Positions 1 to 9,533 of a stretch of DNA of 64,000 bases are shown piece by piece. This stretch comes from Verrucomicrobiota bacterium. GTDB taxonomy: Bacteria > Verrucomicrobiota > Verrucomicrobiia > Limisphaerales > JADJPG01. The position numbers were made by a program, and so were the translations under genes. The stretch lies in the NCBI GenBank assembly GCA_046048995.1, contig JBJOEZ010000009.1, positions 169,535 to 233,534 of the forward strand. Reading direction: 5' to 3'. Position 1 is the first letter of the stretch. Each line of letters opens with the position of its first letter. The notes beneath the pieces were generated by a model that saw only the letters and a list, made by a program, of their open reading frames with translations, ran no database searches and had not been told where the DNA came from.

Positions 1-2217
1 CCCCGGCCGGCGCACCCACCCGCCCTGTCCATCCCCGCGATAAACGCCGAGACGCCCGCCCGCGGAGGCGCCCACGACCAACTCCTCCAGCCCGTCGCCA
101 TCCAGGTCGACCCATCCCACCGGGGGCCCCAATTGGGATGTCATCCGGATCAGCAACGGCTGGCGCTCCAAGTCGTTGAAGGGCGTGCGCTCATGGACAT
201 GGCCCAGCGCGGCCGAGGCGTCCGTGAACAGGGGCGCCGGGGCGGCGCCGGGCCCCGCAGGCGCGGGGGCGGGCACGGCGGCTCCCTCCTCCACTTCATA
301 CAGGTGATTGGGGCGAACATCCCGCACCACGCTGCGCCGCCCGCTGCGCCAGGTGACCTCGAGGGTCATGCCGCCGGTGGCGGCGCCGGCAGCGAAAACC
401 CGCAGGGCGTCGTCCGCCGACAGGTAGCGGCCGCCCGCGTGGATTTCCTGGCTCTGCTCCGGCACGGCCCCGCCGCGGAGGGTGACGCGCGCGCCGATGC
501 CCCGGGTGTTGGCGCCGGCGCCGCGCAGGCGCACCGCCACGCGCGGCGCCGTGCTGTCGTTGCGGTAGACCAGCGGGGGCCGCCACAGGCAACTCACGAC
601 CACGTCCTGGTCGCCATCGTTGTCGAGATCGGCCAGGGCAATCCCGTGGGAGATGTTGGTGGAATGAAACCCCCAATCCCGGCCGGCCTCGGCAAAGGTG
701 CGGTCCCGCCGGTTGCGGAACGCCCAGTTGGGCGTGCTGAGCGGAGGAAAGCTCCGCAGGCTCTTCCCAATCTGGCGATTCATCCCGGTCCCCTTCGCCT
801 CCGGGGTTCGCTCCATCATGTCCAAATCCTGCGTGTCATAGGCATGGCCGTTGACGGTCAACAGGTCCTCGTAGCCATCGAGATCCACATCGAGGAAGGC
901 GACCGACCACGTCCAGTCGCTCGCCGCCACGCCGGCAAACCACGCGATGTCCGCATAGGTCCCGTCGCCGCGGTTCCACGCCAGCACATTGCGCCGCTCC
1001 TGCACCCGGTCCAGGCGCTCCCCCACATGCGAGGCCAGGGGATTGGTCGCCCCCAGTTGGGTCAGGCGCAGCCGATGAAACCGGCTCACCATGTCCCCCA
1101 CAAAGAAATCGTCCCGCCCGTCCCGGTCGATGTCCGCAAAGTCCACCCCCATCGAGAACTGCGGTGTCACCCGCAGGGCCAGGTCCGGGAGCGCCCGGAA
1201 ATTCCCCCGCCCATCATTGATCCAGATGCGGTCCGGGGTCTGGAAATCGTTGCACAGGTAAAGGTCCGGATGCGTGTCCCCGTTGATGTCCCGGAACAGG
1301 ACCGACAACCCCATGTCATACGGATCGGCCCGCAGCGGCTGCCCGTCGGCCCCCTGGAACCGGCCGTCGGTCCAGCCGGCGGCCCGGAATCGGGCCCCGC
1401 CCTCGTTCAGGTAGAGCACATCCGGCTCGCCATACTCCACGAAGGCCCCGTCAATCAGTTTGAGGCGCCGCGCCTGCCGCCCGGACACCACCGGCCGGCC
1501 GTTCTCCATCCGGATCGACACCTGGCCGCCGCTGCGCAGGATCGAGTTCTCGCCGTAGTTGGCCACATACAGGTCGAGGTCCCCGTCGCCGTCCACGTCG
1601 GCCAGCGCGGCGGAATGCGCGCCCGCCCGCGCCGACAGGCCCGCCCCCGCCGTGGCGTTGGTGAAGCGTCCCCCGCCCTGGTTCAGGAACAGCGTGTTCG
1701 GGCCGCCCAGCGACGCGCAAAAAAGATCCAACCGCCCGTCACCGTCGACATCCGCAAACACCACCCCCTTGGTTGACTGGTTCGTCGCCTCCACCCCGGC
1801 CTCTGCGGTCCGGTTGGCAAAACGCCCGCCCCCCAGGTTGCGGAACAGGCCGCACGGCCCCTCGCAGCTGCCGAAGAAAAGGTCCACCCACCCGTCCCCG
1901 TCATAGTCCCCGGCCGCCACCCCGCACCCGTTGAGCAGGTTCTGGTTGGCCTCGCCCCGTTCATAGGTGAGCTGGTTGGTGAACCAGATCCCGGTGTCCT
2001 CGGGAGCCAACAGGGTGAACCCCGGACGCCCGGTGGCCGGCACGGCCAGCGCCGCCTCCCGCCAACCCGGCTGCTGCCGCCATTCCAACGCAGCCGCCCC
2101 GCTGCGCAGCGTCGCCAGCAGGACGAGCACGGCCACCCCCCACCCGAGGCAGCCGGGCAAGACCGTTCTGGACGGCAGCGGACGAGACGCCAGGGTCATG
2201 CGGCAGCCCACGCTCAT
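1..2217 (-). CDS. FG-GAP/VCBS-repeat plus ASPIC/UnbV-type (CRTAC1-family) secreted protein, partial; its 3' end runs off the left edge
   Basis: Absent from the ORF track because no stop lies inside the window. I translated the minus strand by hand from ATG 2217-2215. I checked every plus-strand triplet in that register down to base 1 and found no tta/cta/tca. The N-terminus MSVGCRMTLASRPLPSRTVLPGCLGWGVAVLVLLATL looks like a signal peptide. Repeated Ca-type FG-GAP motifs follow (GDYDGDGWVDLFF, ADVDGDGRLDLF, ADVDGDGDLDLYV, RDINGDTHPDLYL, ADIDRDGRDDFFV, LDVDLDGYEDLL, ADLDNDGDQDVVV), then an UnbV/ASPIC-like block (GIGARVTLRGG..QEIHAGGRYLSADD). ATG 2217 overlaps the upstream CotH stop as ATGA; an alternative ATG is at 2199. 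Confidence 0.8.
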   Translation of the reverse strand, partial: MSVGCRMTLASRPLPSRTVLPGCLGWGVAVLVLLATLRSGAAALEWRQQPGWREAALAVPATGRPGFTLLAPEDTGIWFTNQLTYERGEANQNLLNGCGVAAGDYDGDGWVDLFFGSCEGPCGLFRNLGGGRFANRTAEAGVEATNQSTKGVVFADVDGDGRLDLFCASLGGPNTLFLNQGGGRFTNATAGAGLSARAGAHSAALADVDGDGDLDLYVANYGENSILRSGGQVSIRMENGRPVVSGRQARRLKLIDGAFVEYGEPDVLYLNEGGARFRAAGWTDGRFQGADGQPLRADPYDMGLSVLFRDINGDTHPDLYLCNDFQTPDRIWINDGRGNFRALPDLALRVTPQFSMGVDFADIDRDGRDDFFVGDMVSRFHRLRLTQLGATNPLASHVGERLDRVQERRNVLAWNRGDGTYADIAWFAGVAASDWTWSVAFLDVDLDGYEDLLTVNGHAYDTQDLDMMERTPEAKGTGMNRQIGKSLRSFPPLSTPNWAFRNRRDRTFAEAGRDWGFHSTNISHGIALADLDNDGDQDVVVSCLWRPPLVYRNDSTAPRVAVRLRGAGANTRGIGARVTLRGGAVPEQSQEIHAGGRYLSADDALRVFAAGAATGGMTLEVTWRSGRRSVVRDVRPNHLYEVEEGAAVPAPAPAGPGAAPAPLFTDASAALGHVHERTPFNDLERQPLLIRMTSQLGPPVGWVDLDGDGLEELVVGASAGGRLGVYRGDGQGGWVRRPG

Positions 2218-3872
2218 TTCCGGCGCAGCCGGAGGGACCCGAGGTCGAACCAGGCTTCCCCGGCACTGGCCCGCAGTTCACAGATGAGCACCACCTCGTC
2301 CGGACCGGCCGGGACGGTGAACTCATACTCCAGCTTCTGCCAGGGCTGGTCTCCCAGCAGCTGGTTGGGCCGGGCCGCCGCGGGCTGGGAGATGCGCAAC
2401 CCCGCGCCGGCGCCCTTGTTGGGAGTGTCCTTCTCCTTGGCGATCGGCTCCACCCCCGCGGTCCGCACCCGGCCCTCCAGGATGTAGGTCCCGGCGTCGA
2501 GCAGCACCCTGGTTCGGAACGACCCAATGCAGTTGGTCTTGGGCAGGGCCGCAATCCGCAAGGCCTTCAGCCCGTCGAGTGTCACCACCTCCAGCTTGGC
2601 CGGTGGAAGGGCGTCGGACTTGGGCGGCTCCCAGTTGACCAGGGGGGCCACGCCCTGCGCATCGAAGGGCAGCGGCTTGGGCTCCGGCTCGGCCAGGCGC
2701 CGCTCGAGCACCTTGATCCGCTCCAGCACCAGGTTGCGGATGCGGTTGGCGTCGCCGGCCTGGCGCTTGGCCTCGCCCGGATTCCACGCCTGCAGCGAGG
2801 ACTGCAGGCGGTCCTGCAGGACCTGGATGTAGTTGGTCATCCGCTCGGCCGTGAAGTAATTGGTCGTGATTTCCGCCAGGCGCGCGCGGTAGCGGCGCCG
2901 GCCCTCGGGGGTCTGCAGCAGGGCGCGCGAGACCAACCCCTGCAGGTTCCCCGGGATGAGCGGCCCGTTCGGATCCCAGAACATCTGGTCCATCCCATGC
3001 GGGAAAAACAGCAGCTTGTCCCGGTCGGGATCGTGGTAGACCCGGTAATTGTTGCGGTTCATCACGTAGCCATCCCAGTGCCACGTGATCACCTCCAGCG
3101 CCACGAAGCTCAGGAACCGGTCGAGGTCCAGCAGGCGTTCCAGGCGCGCAAACCGGTTCGTGGGATCCTTGTCCTGGGCGGCGGCGACCAGCGCCTTGAG
3201 GTCGGCCCGGTTGGCCACATCGCCGCTTCCGGAGGTCCGCTGCGGGTTGCCGTCAATGTCGGCGAGGAAGCCGCCATCGTAGAGATTCCCGTTGGGGTTG
3301 GGGAAATGGCGCCGCAGGAACGATTTGTCGAAGCCCTCCTTGAGGACATACAGCCCCAGGTCGCGCCCGTTGAGGGAGACGCGCGCATGGCCGACCCGGG
3401 CGGCCGGCACGCCGGCCTCGGCAAAGAGCCGCGCGCACAGGATCTCACACAGCCGGCTGGCGTCCTGCACGGAGTTGTTGAGGTGGAATTTGTCCAGGCC
3501 GAAGAACTTCTGGTCATGGACGAACTTGTCGAAGTTCACCGAGAGGGCGGGCTGGTCATTGAGGTCGCGCGTGCTGCCGGCGGCGCCCTTGCGGTGGACC
3601 CCGACGTCCTCCCAGACGTTGGTGCCTTCCCGGATGGTGCAGGGCACGTAGCGCCGGTCCTCGCGCCGGAGACGGGCGAGGTTGGACTCGGTGATCTCGA
3701 TGCGGATGTGCGGAATGACACCGCTCACGAAGAGGGCGTCGGAAGGATCGGGCCGGGCGGCCGCGGCGGACCGGGCGGGGGCCCGCACGGAGGAGGCACA
3801 GGAGGCCAGGAGAAGGGCGGCCAGGCACAGCAGGCTGGCGGCGATCCAGGGCCGGGGCGGCGGGGCGATCAT
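2214..3872 (-). CDS. CotH kinase-family protein (secreted/lipoprotein)
   Basis: The track ORF 2214..3941 starts at a GTG. The first ATG, at 3872, gives MIAPPPRPWIAASLLCLAALLLASCAS, a lipobox-like signal. CotH-like blocks are present: FHLNNSVQDASRLCEILCARLFAEAGVPAARVGHARVSLNGRDLGLYVLKEGFDKSFLRRHF, NLYDGG and WHWDGYVMNRNNYRVYHD. Confidence 0.8.
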   Translation of the reverse strand: MIAPPPRPWIAASLLCLAALLLASCASSVRAPARSAAAARPDPSDALFVSGVIPHIRIEITESNLARLRREDRRYVPCTIREGTNVWEDVGVHRKGAAGSTRDLNDQPALSVNFDKFVHDQKFFGLDKFHLNNSVQDASRLCEILCARLFAEAGVPAARVGHARVSLNGRDLGLYVLKEGFDKSFLRRHFPNPNGNLYDGGFLADIDGNPQRTSGSGDVANRADLKALVAAAQDKDPTNRFARLERLLDLDRFLSFVALEVITWHWDGYVMNRNNYRVYHDPDRDKLLFFPHGMDQMFWDPNGPLIPGNLQGLVSRALLQTPEGRRRYRARLAEITTNYFTAERMTNYIQVLQDRLQSSLQAWNPGEAKRQAGDANRIRNLVLERIKVLERRLAEPEPKPLPFDAQGVAPLVNWEPPKSDALPPAKLEVVTLDGLKALRIAALPKTNCIGSFRTRVLLDAGTYILEGRVRTAGVEPIAKEKDTPNKGAGAGLRISQPAAARPNQLLGDQPWQKLEYEFTVPAGPDEVVLICELRASAGEAWFDLGSLRLRRK

Positions 3873-3956
3873 GGCTGGGTCAGGGCAGGCCGGATTGGAC
3901 AGCAAGCCGGCGCGGCTGGCGATCACAAAAGGGCCAGGCACGCCGGCCCGCGCCGC

Positions 3957-5543
3957 TCACTCGGGAGACTCGCGCAGGATCTCGAATTTGCTGCTGCCGC
4001 GGCTGAGGAAATTGAGGAGCACGCCCTTCCTGGGGTCGGCGGCCTGCACGGCCTCGCGAAACTCGCGGGGGGTGCGCACGGGCTTGTGGTTGACGTCGGT
4101 GATGATGTCCCCGGCGCGCAGGCCCTTGCGCTCGGCCGGGCTGCCCTTCTCGACCTGGGTCACAATGACCCCCTCGGCCTTGTCCACCCCGTGTTCCTCG
4201 GCCAGTTCCTGGGTGACGGACTCGACGGTGAGGCCCAGGCGGGCCGGGCGGGCGGGGCGCGCCGGGGACTTGGCGGCCGCGACCGGCGCGGCCGGGGCGG
4301 GCCAGGCTTGGGGCTTGATCTTGACCTTGAGATCGCTCCCGCCGCCGTCCTCGCCGAGCCGGTGGACGTCGAGCGTGACGACGTTGCCGATTTTCTTGCC
4401 GCGGATTTCGTTGCGCAACTGCTGGGCGGAGGCCACGCGGCGCCCCTCGACGGCGGTGATGATGTCGCCGGCCTTGAGGGCGGACTTGGCGGCCGGGCCG
4501 TCGGCGACAATGGCCTCGACGATGACGCCGTCCTTGAGGTGGGTCACGAGCGCCCGGTAGTCGGCGTTGTCCCGCAGGGCATTGATCCGCACGCCCAGGT
4601 AACCGCGGACAAACCGGCCCTCGGCGACGATTTCCTCGGCGATCTCGCGGGCCAGGTTGCTGGGGATGGCAAAACCGATGCCGGTGTTCATGCCGCGGAT
4701 CAGGGTGTTGATGCCGATCACCTCGCCCTCGATGTTGAGGAGCGGGCCGCCGCTGTTGCCAGGGTTGATGTTGGCGTCGGTCTGGATGAAGTCCTGGTCC
4801 ATGGCAGCCCCGCCGACGCTGCGGATGACCTGCGAGCGGCCCTTGGCGCTCACGTGGCCCACGGTCACACTGTGGTCCAGCTCGAAGGGCGTCCCAATCG
4901 CGATCGCGAACTCGCCCACGCGCACCTTGTCGGAGTCGGCAAACCGCGCCACCGGCAACTCCCGGCCCGCGGGATTGATTTTGACCACGGCCACGTCGCT
5001 TTGCGCGTCGGAGCCGCGGATCTCGCCGTCATACTGGGTGCCGTCCTGGAAAATCACCTGAATCTTCTCGGCCCCGTCCACCACGTGCCGGTTGGTCAGG
5101 ATGTAGCCCTCCTTGCGCAGGACCACCCCCGAGCCCTGGCCGTCAAAGACCGGGTCCCTGCCCTCGGCACCATCCTCCCCATCGCCCCCCTCCCGCCGCT
5201 GGCCTTTGCGCCTCCGCTCGAACCACCGCCGGAACTCCTCCGGGAGATCCTCAAACAGGGAGGAATCCTCCTCCTCGTCCACATTGACGGACGAGGGCTT
5301 GTGCGCCACGCGGATGACGACCACGGCGGGGCCCGCCCTCTCGGCCACGTCGGCAAACGCGCGGTTCAACTGCCGGGCCAACTCGGCCCCGGAGAGAACC
5401 GGGGGGGCGGAGACGCCCGCGGCGGCGGCAGGGGCCGCGCCGCCGTCCGTCAACGGCGCCGCGGCCAAGGCCAGCGCCAGCGCCAGCGGGGTCCGGAAGG
5501 GACGGGGAACCAGGGAGAAGTTCAGCATACGTCGAGGCGTCAT
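3957..5543 (-). CDS. htrA: HtrA/DegP-family periplasmic serine protease with two PDZ domains
   Basis: Only the part of track ORF 3957..6563 from ATG 5543 is credible (MTPRRMLNFSLVPRPFRTPLALALALAAAP signal; alternative ATG 5528). The catalytic contexts are ILTNRHVV (His), SDVAVVKI (Asp) and GNSGGPLL (Ser). Two PDZ-like segments follow (GYLGVRI.., LGLTVESV..). Confidence 0.9.
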   Translation of the reverse strand: MTPRRMLNFSLVPRPFRTPLALALALAAAPLTDGGAAPAAAAGVSAPPVLSGAELARQLNRAFADVAERAGPAVVVIRVAHKPSSVNVDEEEDSSLFEDLPEEFRRWFERRRKGQRREGGDGEDGAEGRDPVFDGQGSGVVLRKEGYILTNRHVVDGAEKIQVIFQDGTQYDGEIRGSDAQSDVAVVKINPAGRELPVARFADSDKVRVGEFAIAIGTPFELDHSVTVGHVSAKGRSQVIRSVGGAAMDQDFIQTDANINPGNSGGPLLNIEGEVIGINTLIRGMNTGIGFAIPSNLAREIAEEIVAEGRFVRGYLGVRINALRDNADYRALVTHLKDGVIVEAIVADGPAAKSALKAGDIITAVEGRRVASAQQLRNEIRGKKIGNVVTLDVHRLGEDGGGSDLKVKIKPQAWPAPAAPVAAAKSPARPARPARLGLTVESVTQELAEEHGVDKAEGVIVTQVEKGSPAERKGLRAGDIITDVNHKPVRTPREFREAVQAADPRKGVLLNFLSRGSSKFEILRESPE

Positions 5544-5687
5544 GACCGGCCCAGTGTCGCAGACCGGACGGAAAAGGCCAGCCCACCGAGCGGGCGGCCC
5601 CATGGAATCATCGGCCAACCCGGCGCATGGATTGACTTGCGCGCGGGCCGCCCTGTAGCATCCCCCACGAAAGCCAAAGTTTACCCC

Positions 5688-6416
5688 ATGCTCGACGTCA
5701 TCGAAAAGCTCCTCATCCTCCAGGACCGCGACCGCAAAATCCTGAAACTGCAGGACGAGCTGGCCCGCATCGGACCAGAGCGACAAGGGCTCCAGCAGCG
5801 CCTGGGCGCCACCACCACCGCCCTCGAGGCCGCCAAGCACAAGGCCCGGCAGACCGAGTCCGACCGCAAAAAGCTCGAGCTGGACGTGGAGGCCAAGAAA
5901 CAGCAAATCGAGCGCTACTCGCTGCAGCAGTTCCAGACCAAGAAAAACGAGGAATACAAGGCCCTCACCCACGAGATTGAGGCCTGCAAGCAGGCCATCA
6001 CCCAACTTGAGGACCAGCAGCTGGTCCTGATGGAGAAGGCGGAATCGGATGCCCGGGAAATCGCCACCGCCACCGCCGCCGCCAACGAGGCCAGGAAGAC
6101 CGTCGATGCCCGGGTGGCCGACCTCAACGCAGGCGAGGCCGGCCTCCAGAAGGAACTGGCCGGTCTGCAATCCAACCGCGGCGACCTGGCCGCCGCCGTC
6201 GAGGAGGGCACCCTCTCCCGCTACGAGCGCCTGCTCAAGCAGAAGGGCCAGAACGTGGTGGTCGGCATCCAGCACGGGGTTTGCGGCGGCTGCCACATGC
6301 AGCTGAGCCGCAGCGTCATCGTCCTTTGCCAGGGGGAGCAGGAGGTCGTCACCTGCCCCAACTGCGCCCGCATCCTTTATTACACGCGGGACATGGACAT
6401 GGCCGTGGCCGACTGA
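5688..6416 (+). CDS. Coiled-coil plus C4 zinc-ribbon protein (COG1579/DUF164-like)
   Basis: This is the last 242 codons of track ORF 2997..6416, from ATG 5688 in the same frame. MLDVIEKLLILQDRDRKILKLQDEL starts a long heptad-rich coiled coil. It ends in a zinc ribbon, HGVCGGCHMQL..VVTCPNCARILY. Confidence 0.8.
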   Translation: MLDVIEKLLILQDRDRKILKLQDELARIGPERQGLQQRLGATTTALEAAKHKARQTESDRKKLELDVEAKKQQIERYSLQQFQTKKNEEYKALTHEIEACKQAITQLEDQQLVLMEKAESDAREIATATAAANEARKTVDARVADLNAGEAGLQKELAGLQSNRGDLAAAVEEGTLSRYERLLKQKGQNVVVGIQHGVCGGCHMQLSRSVIVLCQGEQEVVTCPNCARILYYTRDMDMAVAD

Positions 6417-6456
6417 ACCAGGGCCGCGCCCACCCCCGGGCGAATCCCGCCCCACC

Positions 6457-6924
6457 ATGAACCCCGCCCACATGCGCGAGGCCATCCGGCTGTCCGCGGA
6501 AAAGATGCGCGCCGGTTTCGGCGGACCCTTCGGCGCCGTGATCGTGCGCCAGGGGGAAATCATCGGGCGGGGCTGGAATCAGGTGACCTCCTCGGGCGAC
6601 CCCACCGCGCATGCCGAGATCGTCGCCATCCGCGAGGCGTGCCGGCATCGTCGTGACTTCCGGCTGGACGGGTGCGAGCTCTACACCAGCTGCGAACCCT
6701 GCCCCATGTGCCTGGGCGCCGCCTACTGGGCCCGCCTCGACCGGATCTACTTCGCGGCCGGACGCCATGACGCCGCCGACGCCGGGTTCGACGACGAGTT
6801 CCTCTACCGGGAAATTCACCTGCCCTTCCCCGAGCGCCGCCTGGCCACCGCCCAGCTCCTGCGCGAGGAAGCCCTCCCGGCCTTCGCCGAGTGGAAGGCC
6901 AAGCCGGACAAGGTCCCCTACTGA
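6457..6924 (+). CDS. Guanine deaminase (CDA-fold, Bacillus GuaD type)
   Basis: GGPFGAVIV, DPTAHAEI, YTSCEPCPMCLGAAYWAR and AGFDDEFLY line up along the full length with my memory of B. subtilis GuaD. The zinc motif H-A-E ... P-C-x-x-C is intact. Confidence 0.85.
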   Translation: MNPAHMREAIRLSAEKMRAGFGGPFGAVIVRQGEIIGRGWNQVTSSGDPTAHAEIVAIREACRHRRDFRLDGCELYTSCEPCPMCLGAAYWARLDRIYFAAGRHDAADAGFDDEFLYREIHLPFPERRLATAQLLREEALPAFAEWKAKPDKVPY

Positions 6925-6942
6925 TTCCAGGCGCAACGCCCG

Positions 6943-8082
6943 TCAGGCCGCGCGCCCGTGGGTGCAGGCCAGGTCGCGCACGGGGTCGATGCCCCAGCGC
7001 TGGGCCACCGCCTCCAGCTCAGGACTGAGCGGCCAGCGATCCGCCTCCGGATTCCCGGTGTGCGACCTGGCTGCCCCCTTCAGTTCCATGCACCCCTTGT
7101 TGTTGCCAATCTCCGCGATGGCATCCCGCTCCTCGGCGCTGAGTTGCAGGTCAGGCAGCGAGGCCAACTCATCCACCTTGGCCTCAATGGCCTTGCCCTC
7201 CTCCTCCTGGATGAGGGTGGGCAGCACGCTGCGCACCGGCGCATGGGCCAGGTTCCACAGGCAGGCCAGCTGCAGCATGGTCAAGCCATGCCGGCGCGCC
7301 ACGTCGCGCATGCGGTCCATCTTCGCATTCCCTGACTCAATCCAGCCGGCCGGCCGGAAGGTGCGATGATCGCCGTAGCCGAACTTGTGCCCGGGCCGCA
7401 CGTCGTCATGGAAAAGCCCCCCATGATCCACCACCCGGGTCATGATGCTGACGTCGTGCCGGGCCGCGGCGGGCAGGCACAGGCGACCCGGCCACGGCTC
7501 GAGGGGGTTGAGAATAATCATGGCCCAGTCCAGGAGCGGCCCGAACCGCTCGAAGCAGAGGATGAGATCAAGGGTGAATCCGTTGGCCGGCCCGGGGGCC
7601 ACCCCCAGTTGCCCGGTCAGGCCCGCCTCGCGCAGCTTGTCCATCCCCTTCCAGACCGCCTCATGCCCGTAACCCAGGGAATCGGGATTGTGCAGAAGCA
7701 GGCAATCAAACCGGGTGGCCCGGCACCGCTCGAGGGACTTCTCGGTGGCCATGCGCAGGTAGTCGGCAAATTGCGCCGGGGGACGCAACTGCGGGTTGGT
7801 AAACCGCGGGAAGCCCTTGGACCCGTCGCGCTTGCCGCCATAGAAATCGTGCCCGACCGCGCCCACCAGGCAGTAGCTGTCGCGGGGGAACCCCGCCAGC
7901 GCCCGCCCAAGCGCCTCGTCAGCCGCGCCGTTGCCGTAGACGTCCGCGGTCAGGAAGGTGCGGATGCCGGCCGCATACGCGTGCTGGATGACGGCCTCGT
8001 AGCGGGCCTCGGGCAGTTCCTGGCCGAAGTGCATGAAACGGCCCCCGTTCCAGGTGCCGTAGGCGGTGCGGGTCAGATTCAT
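6943..8082 (-). CDS. Aldo/keto reductase family oxidoreductase
   Basis: The credible part of track ORF 6943..8865 starts at ATG 8082 (MNLTRTAYGTWNGG). It contains FLTADVYGNGAADEALGRAL, LLLHNPD and other AKR-like blocks. Confidence 0.8.
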   Translation of the reverse strand: MNLTRTAYGTWNGGRFMHFGQELPEARYEAVIQHAYAAGIRTFLTADVYGNGAADEALGRALAGFPRDSYCLVGAVGHDFYGGKRDGSKGFPRFTNPQLRPPAQFADYLRMATEKSLERCRATRFDCLLLHNPDSLGYGHEAVWKGMDKLREAGLTGQLGVAPGPANGFTLDLILCFERFGPLLDWAMIILNPLEPWPGRLCLPAAARHDVSIMTRVVDHGGLFHDDVRPGHKFGYGDHRTFRPAGWIESGNAKMDRMRDVARRHGLTMLQLACLWNLAHAPVRSVLPTLIQEEEGKAIEAKVDELASLPDLQLSAEERDAIAEIGNNKGCMELKGAARSHTGNPEADRWPLSPELEAVAQRWGIDPVRDLACTHGRAA

Positions 8083-8247
8083 GTCGATGATGAAGCGCGT
8101 GGGTTGCTGGTTGCTGTGCGGCGCAGGGGTTTTCACTGCGCTAGCCCTGATGAAACGACAGCCCGCCGCAGACTGGCAACCCATGATTTGGGGCAACCGA
8201 GCAAAGTCTTGTCTCCCTCCAAGGCGGCTGGTAATCCTGCCGCCCGC

Positions 8248-8868
8248 ATGACCATGCCCAACCTGCAAGCCCGGCGCGCCACCGTGGAGGACCTCCCTGC
8301 GCTCCGGCTGCTCTGGGAAGCGGAGGGACTGCCGGCCGACCAACTGACCCCGCATTTCGGGGAGTTTCAACTGGTGGAGATCCCCGGGGGGGCCATCCAG
8401 GCCGCCATCGCCCTGCAGGTGGCCGGGCTCGAAGGCCGCCTCCACTGCGAGGCGTTTGCCGATGCCGCCCAGGCCGATGCCCTGCGGGCGCGCCTCTATG
8501 ACCGCGTCCAGGGCGTGGCCAAAAACCACGGCCTGCTCCGGCTCTGGACCCAGCTCGACACCCCCTTCTGGCATCATATGGGCCTCAAAAGGCCGGACCC
8601 GGAGGTGCTGGCCAAGCTGCCGCCCGCCTTCGCCAAGACCGACCTGCCCTGGAGCTACCTGCAACTCAAGGAGGAGACGGGCCCGCCGGTCTCCCTCGAC
8701 AAGGAGTTCGCCATCTTCAAGGAAGCCGAGCAGGAACGCACCCAGCGCATCCACCAGCAGGCCAAGTTGCTCAAGCTGCTGGCCGCCGTCATCGTGACCG
8801 TCGTGTTCGCCCTCGTGGCCGCCCTCATCTTCTACTACATGCGGGCCCGCGGACTGCAGTCGCAATAA
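8248..8868 (+). CDS. GNAT-like acetyltransferase domain protein with a C-terminal transmembrane helix
   Basis: This is the last 206 codons of track ORF 7366..8868, from ATG 8248 (MTMPNLQARRATVEDLPALRLLWE). The N-terminal ~110 aa resemble a GNAT fold. The protein ends in a hydrophobic helix, LLKLLAAVIVTVVFALVAALIFYYM. Confidence 0.55.
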   Translation: MTMPNLQARRATVEDLPALRLLWEAEGLPADQLTPHFGEFQLVEIPGGAIQAAIALQVAGLEGRLHCEAFADAAQADALRARLYDRVQGVAKNHGLLRLWTQLDTPFWHHMGLKRPDPEVLAKLPPAFAKTDLPWSYLQLKEETGPPVSLDKEFAIFKEAEQERTQRIHQQAKLLKLLAAVIVTVVFALVAALIFYYMRARGLQSQ

Positions 8869-8894
8869 CCCCGGCCCCCCCGCCGGCCCAGGCC

Positions 8895-9533
8895 ATGCCT
8901 GCCAAGAAGAACCTGCGCCCGGAAATCCCGCGCAAGACCATCTACCGTCTTTCCATCTACCTGCGCTGCCTCCAGCGGCTGCGCGACAACGGCCTGCGCA
9001 CCGTCTCCAGCGACGCCCTCGCCAAGGCCGCCGGGGTCAAGCCCACCCAACTCCGCAAGGACCTCACCTACTTCGGCCAGTTCGGCACCCGCGGCCTCGG
9101 CTACGACGTCGAGCAGCTCGCCGCCATGATCTCCGATCTGCTCGGCACCCGCCGCCTCCAGCCGGTGGTCCTCGTCGGGGTCGGCAACCTCGGCGCCGCC
9201 CTCCTCTCCTACCGCGGCTTCGAACAGGAGGGCTTCGAAATCGTCGCCGCCTTTGACATCGACCCCGTCCGCCTGCGCGGACGGCCCTTCAAGCAGCCGG
9301 TCCTCCCCATGGACGCCCTGCCCGCCTTCCTCCGCTCCCGCGGCGTGCGCATGGCCATCCTCTCCGTCCCCGCCACCGCCGCCCAGGAGGTCACCAACAC
9401 CCTCGTCCAGTGCGGCATCGCCGGCATCCTCAACTTCGCCCCCCTCGTCCTCCAGGTCCCCGAGGAGGTCACCGTCAACAACGTGAACCTCGCCATCGAA
9501 CTGGAGAACCTCAGCTACTTCATCCAGGACTAG
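8895..9533 (+). CDS. rex: Redox-sensing transcriptional repressor Rex
   Basis: The N-terminal winged helix is RLSIYLRCLQRL..VSSDALAKAAGVKPTQLRKDLTYFGQFGTRGLGYDV. A Rossmann motif, VLVGVGNLGAALL, follows. Confidence 0.9.
   Translation: MPAKKNLRPEIPRKTIYRLSIYLRCLQRLRDNGLRTVSSDALAKAAGVKPTQLRKDLTYFGQFGTRGLGYDVEQLAAMISDLLGTRRLQPVVLVGVGNLGAALLSYRGFEQEGFEIVAAFDIDPVRLRGRPFKQPVLPMDALPAFLRSRGVRMAILSVPATAAQEVTNTLVQCGIAGILNFAPLVLQVPEEVTVNNVNLAIELENLSYFIQD

Noticed and set aside
133-1776. A 547-aa plus-strand ORF at the left end.
   Set aside because: It is Arg/Pro/Gly/His-rich with no motifs. The opposite strand in the same register encodes a clear FG-GAP/ASPIC protein.
2997-5687. The N-terminal ~900 codons of the 1139-aa plus-strand ORF 2997..6416.
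   Set aside because: It is antisense to CotH and HtrA. Only the last 242 codons, from ATG 5688, look like a real protein (coiled coil plus zinc ribbon).
5544-6563. The upstream 340 codons of the 868-aa ORF containing htrA.
   Set aside because: It is antisense to the zinc-ribbon and guanine deaminase genes and low-complexity in composition. HtrA has its own signal peptide starting at ATG 5543.
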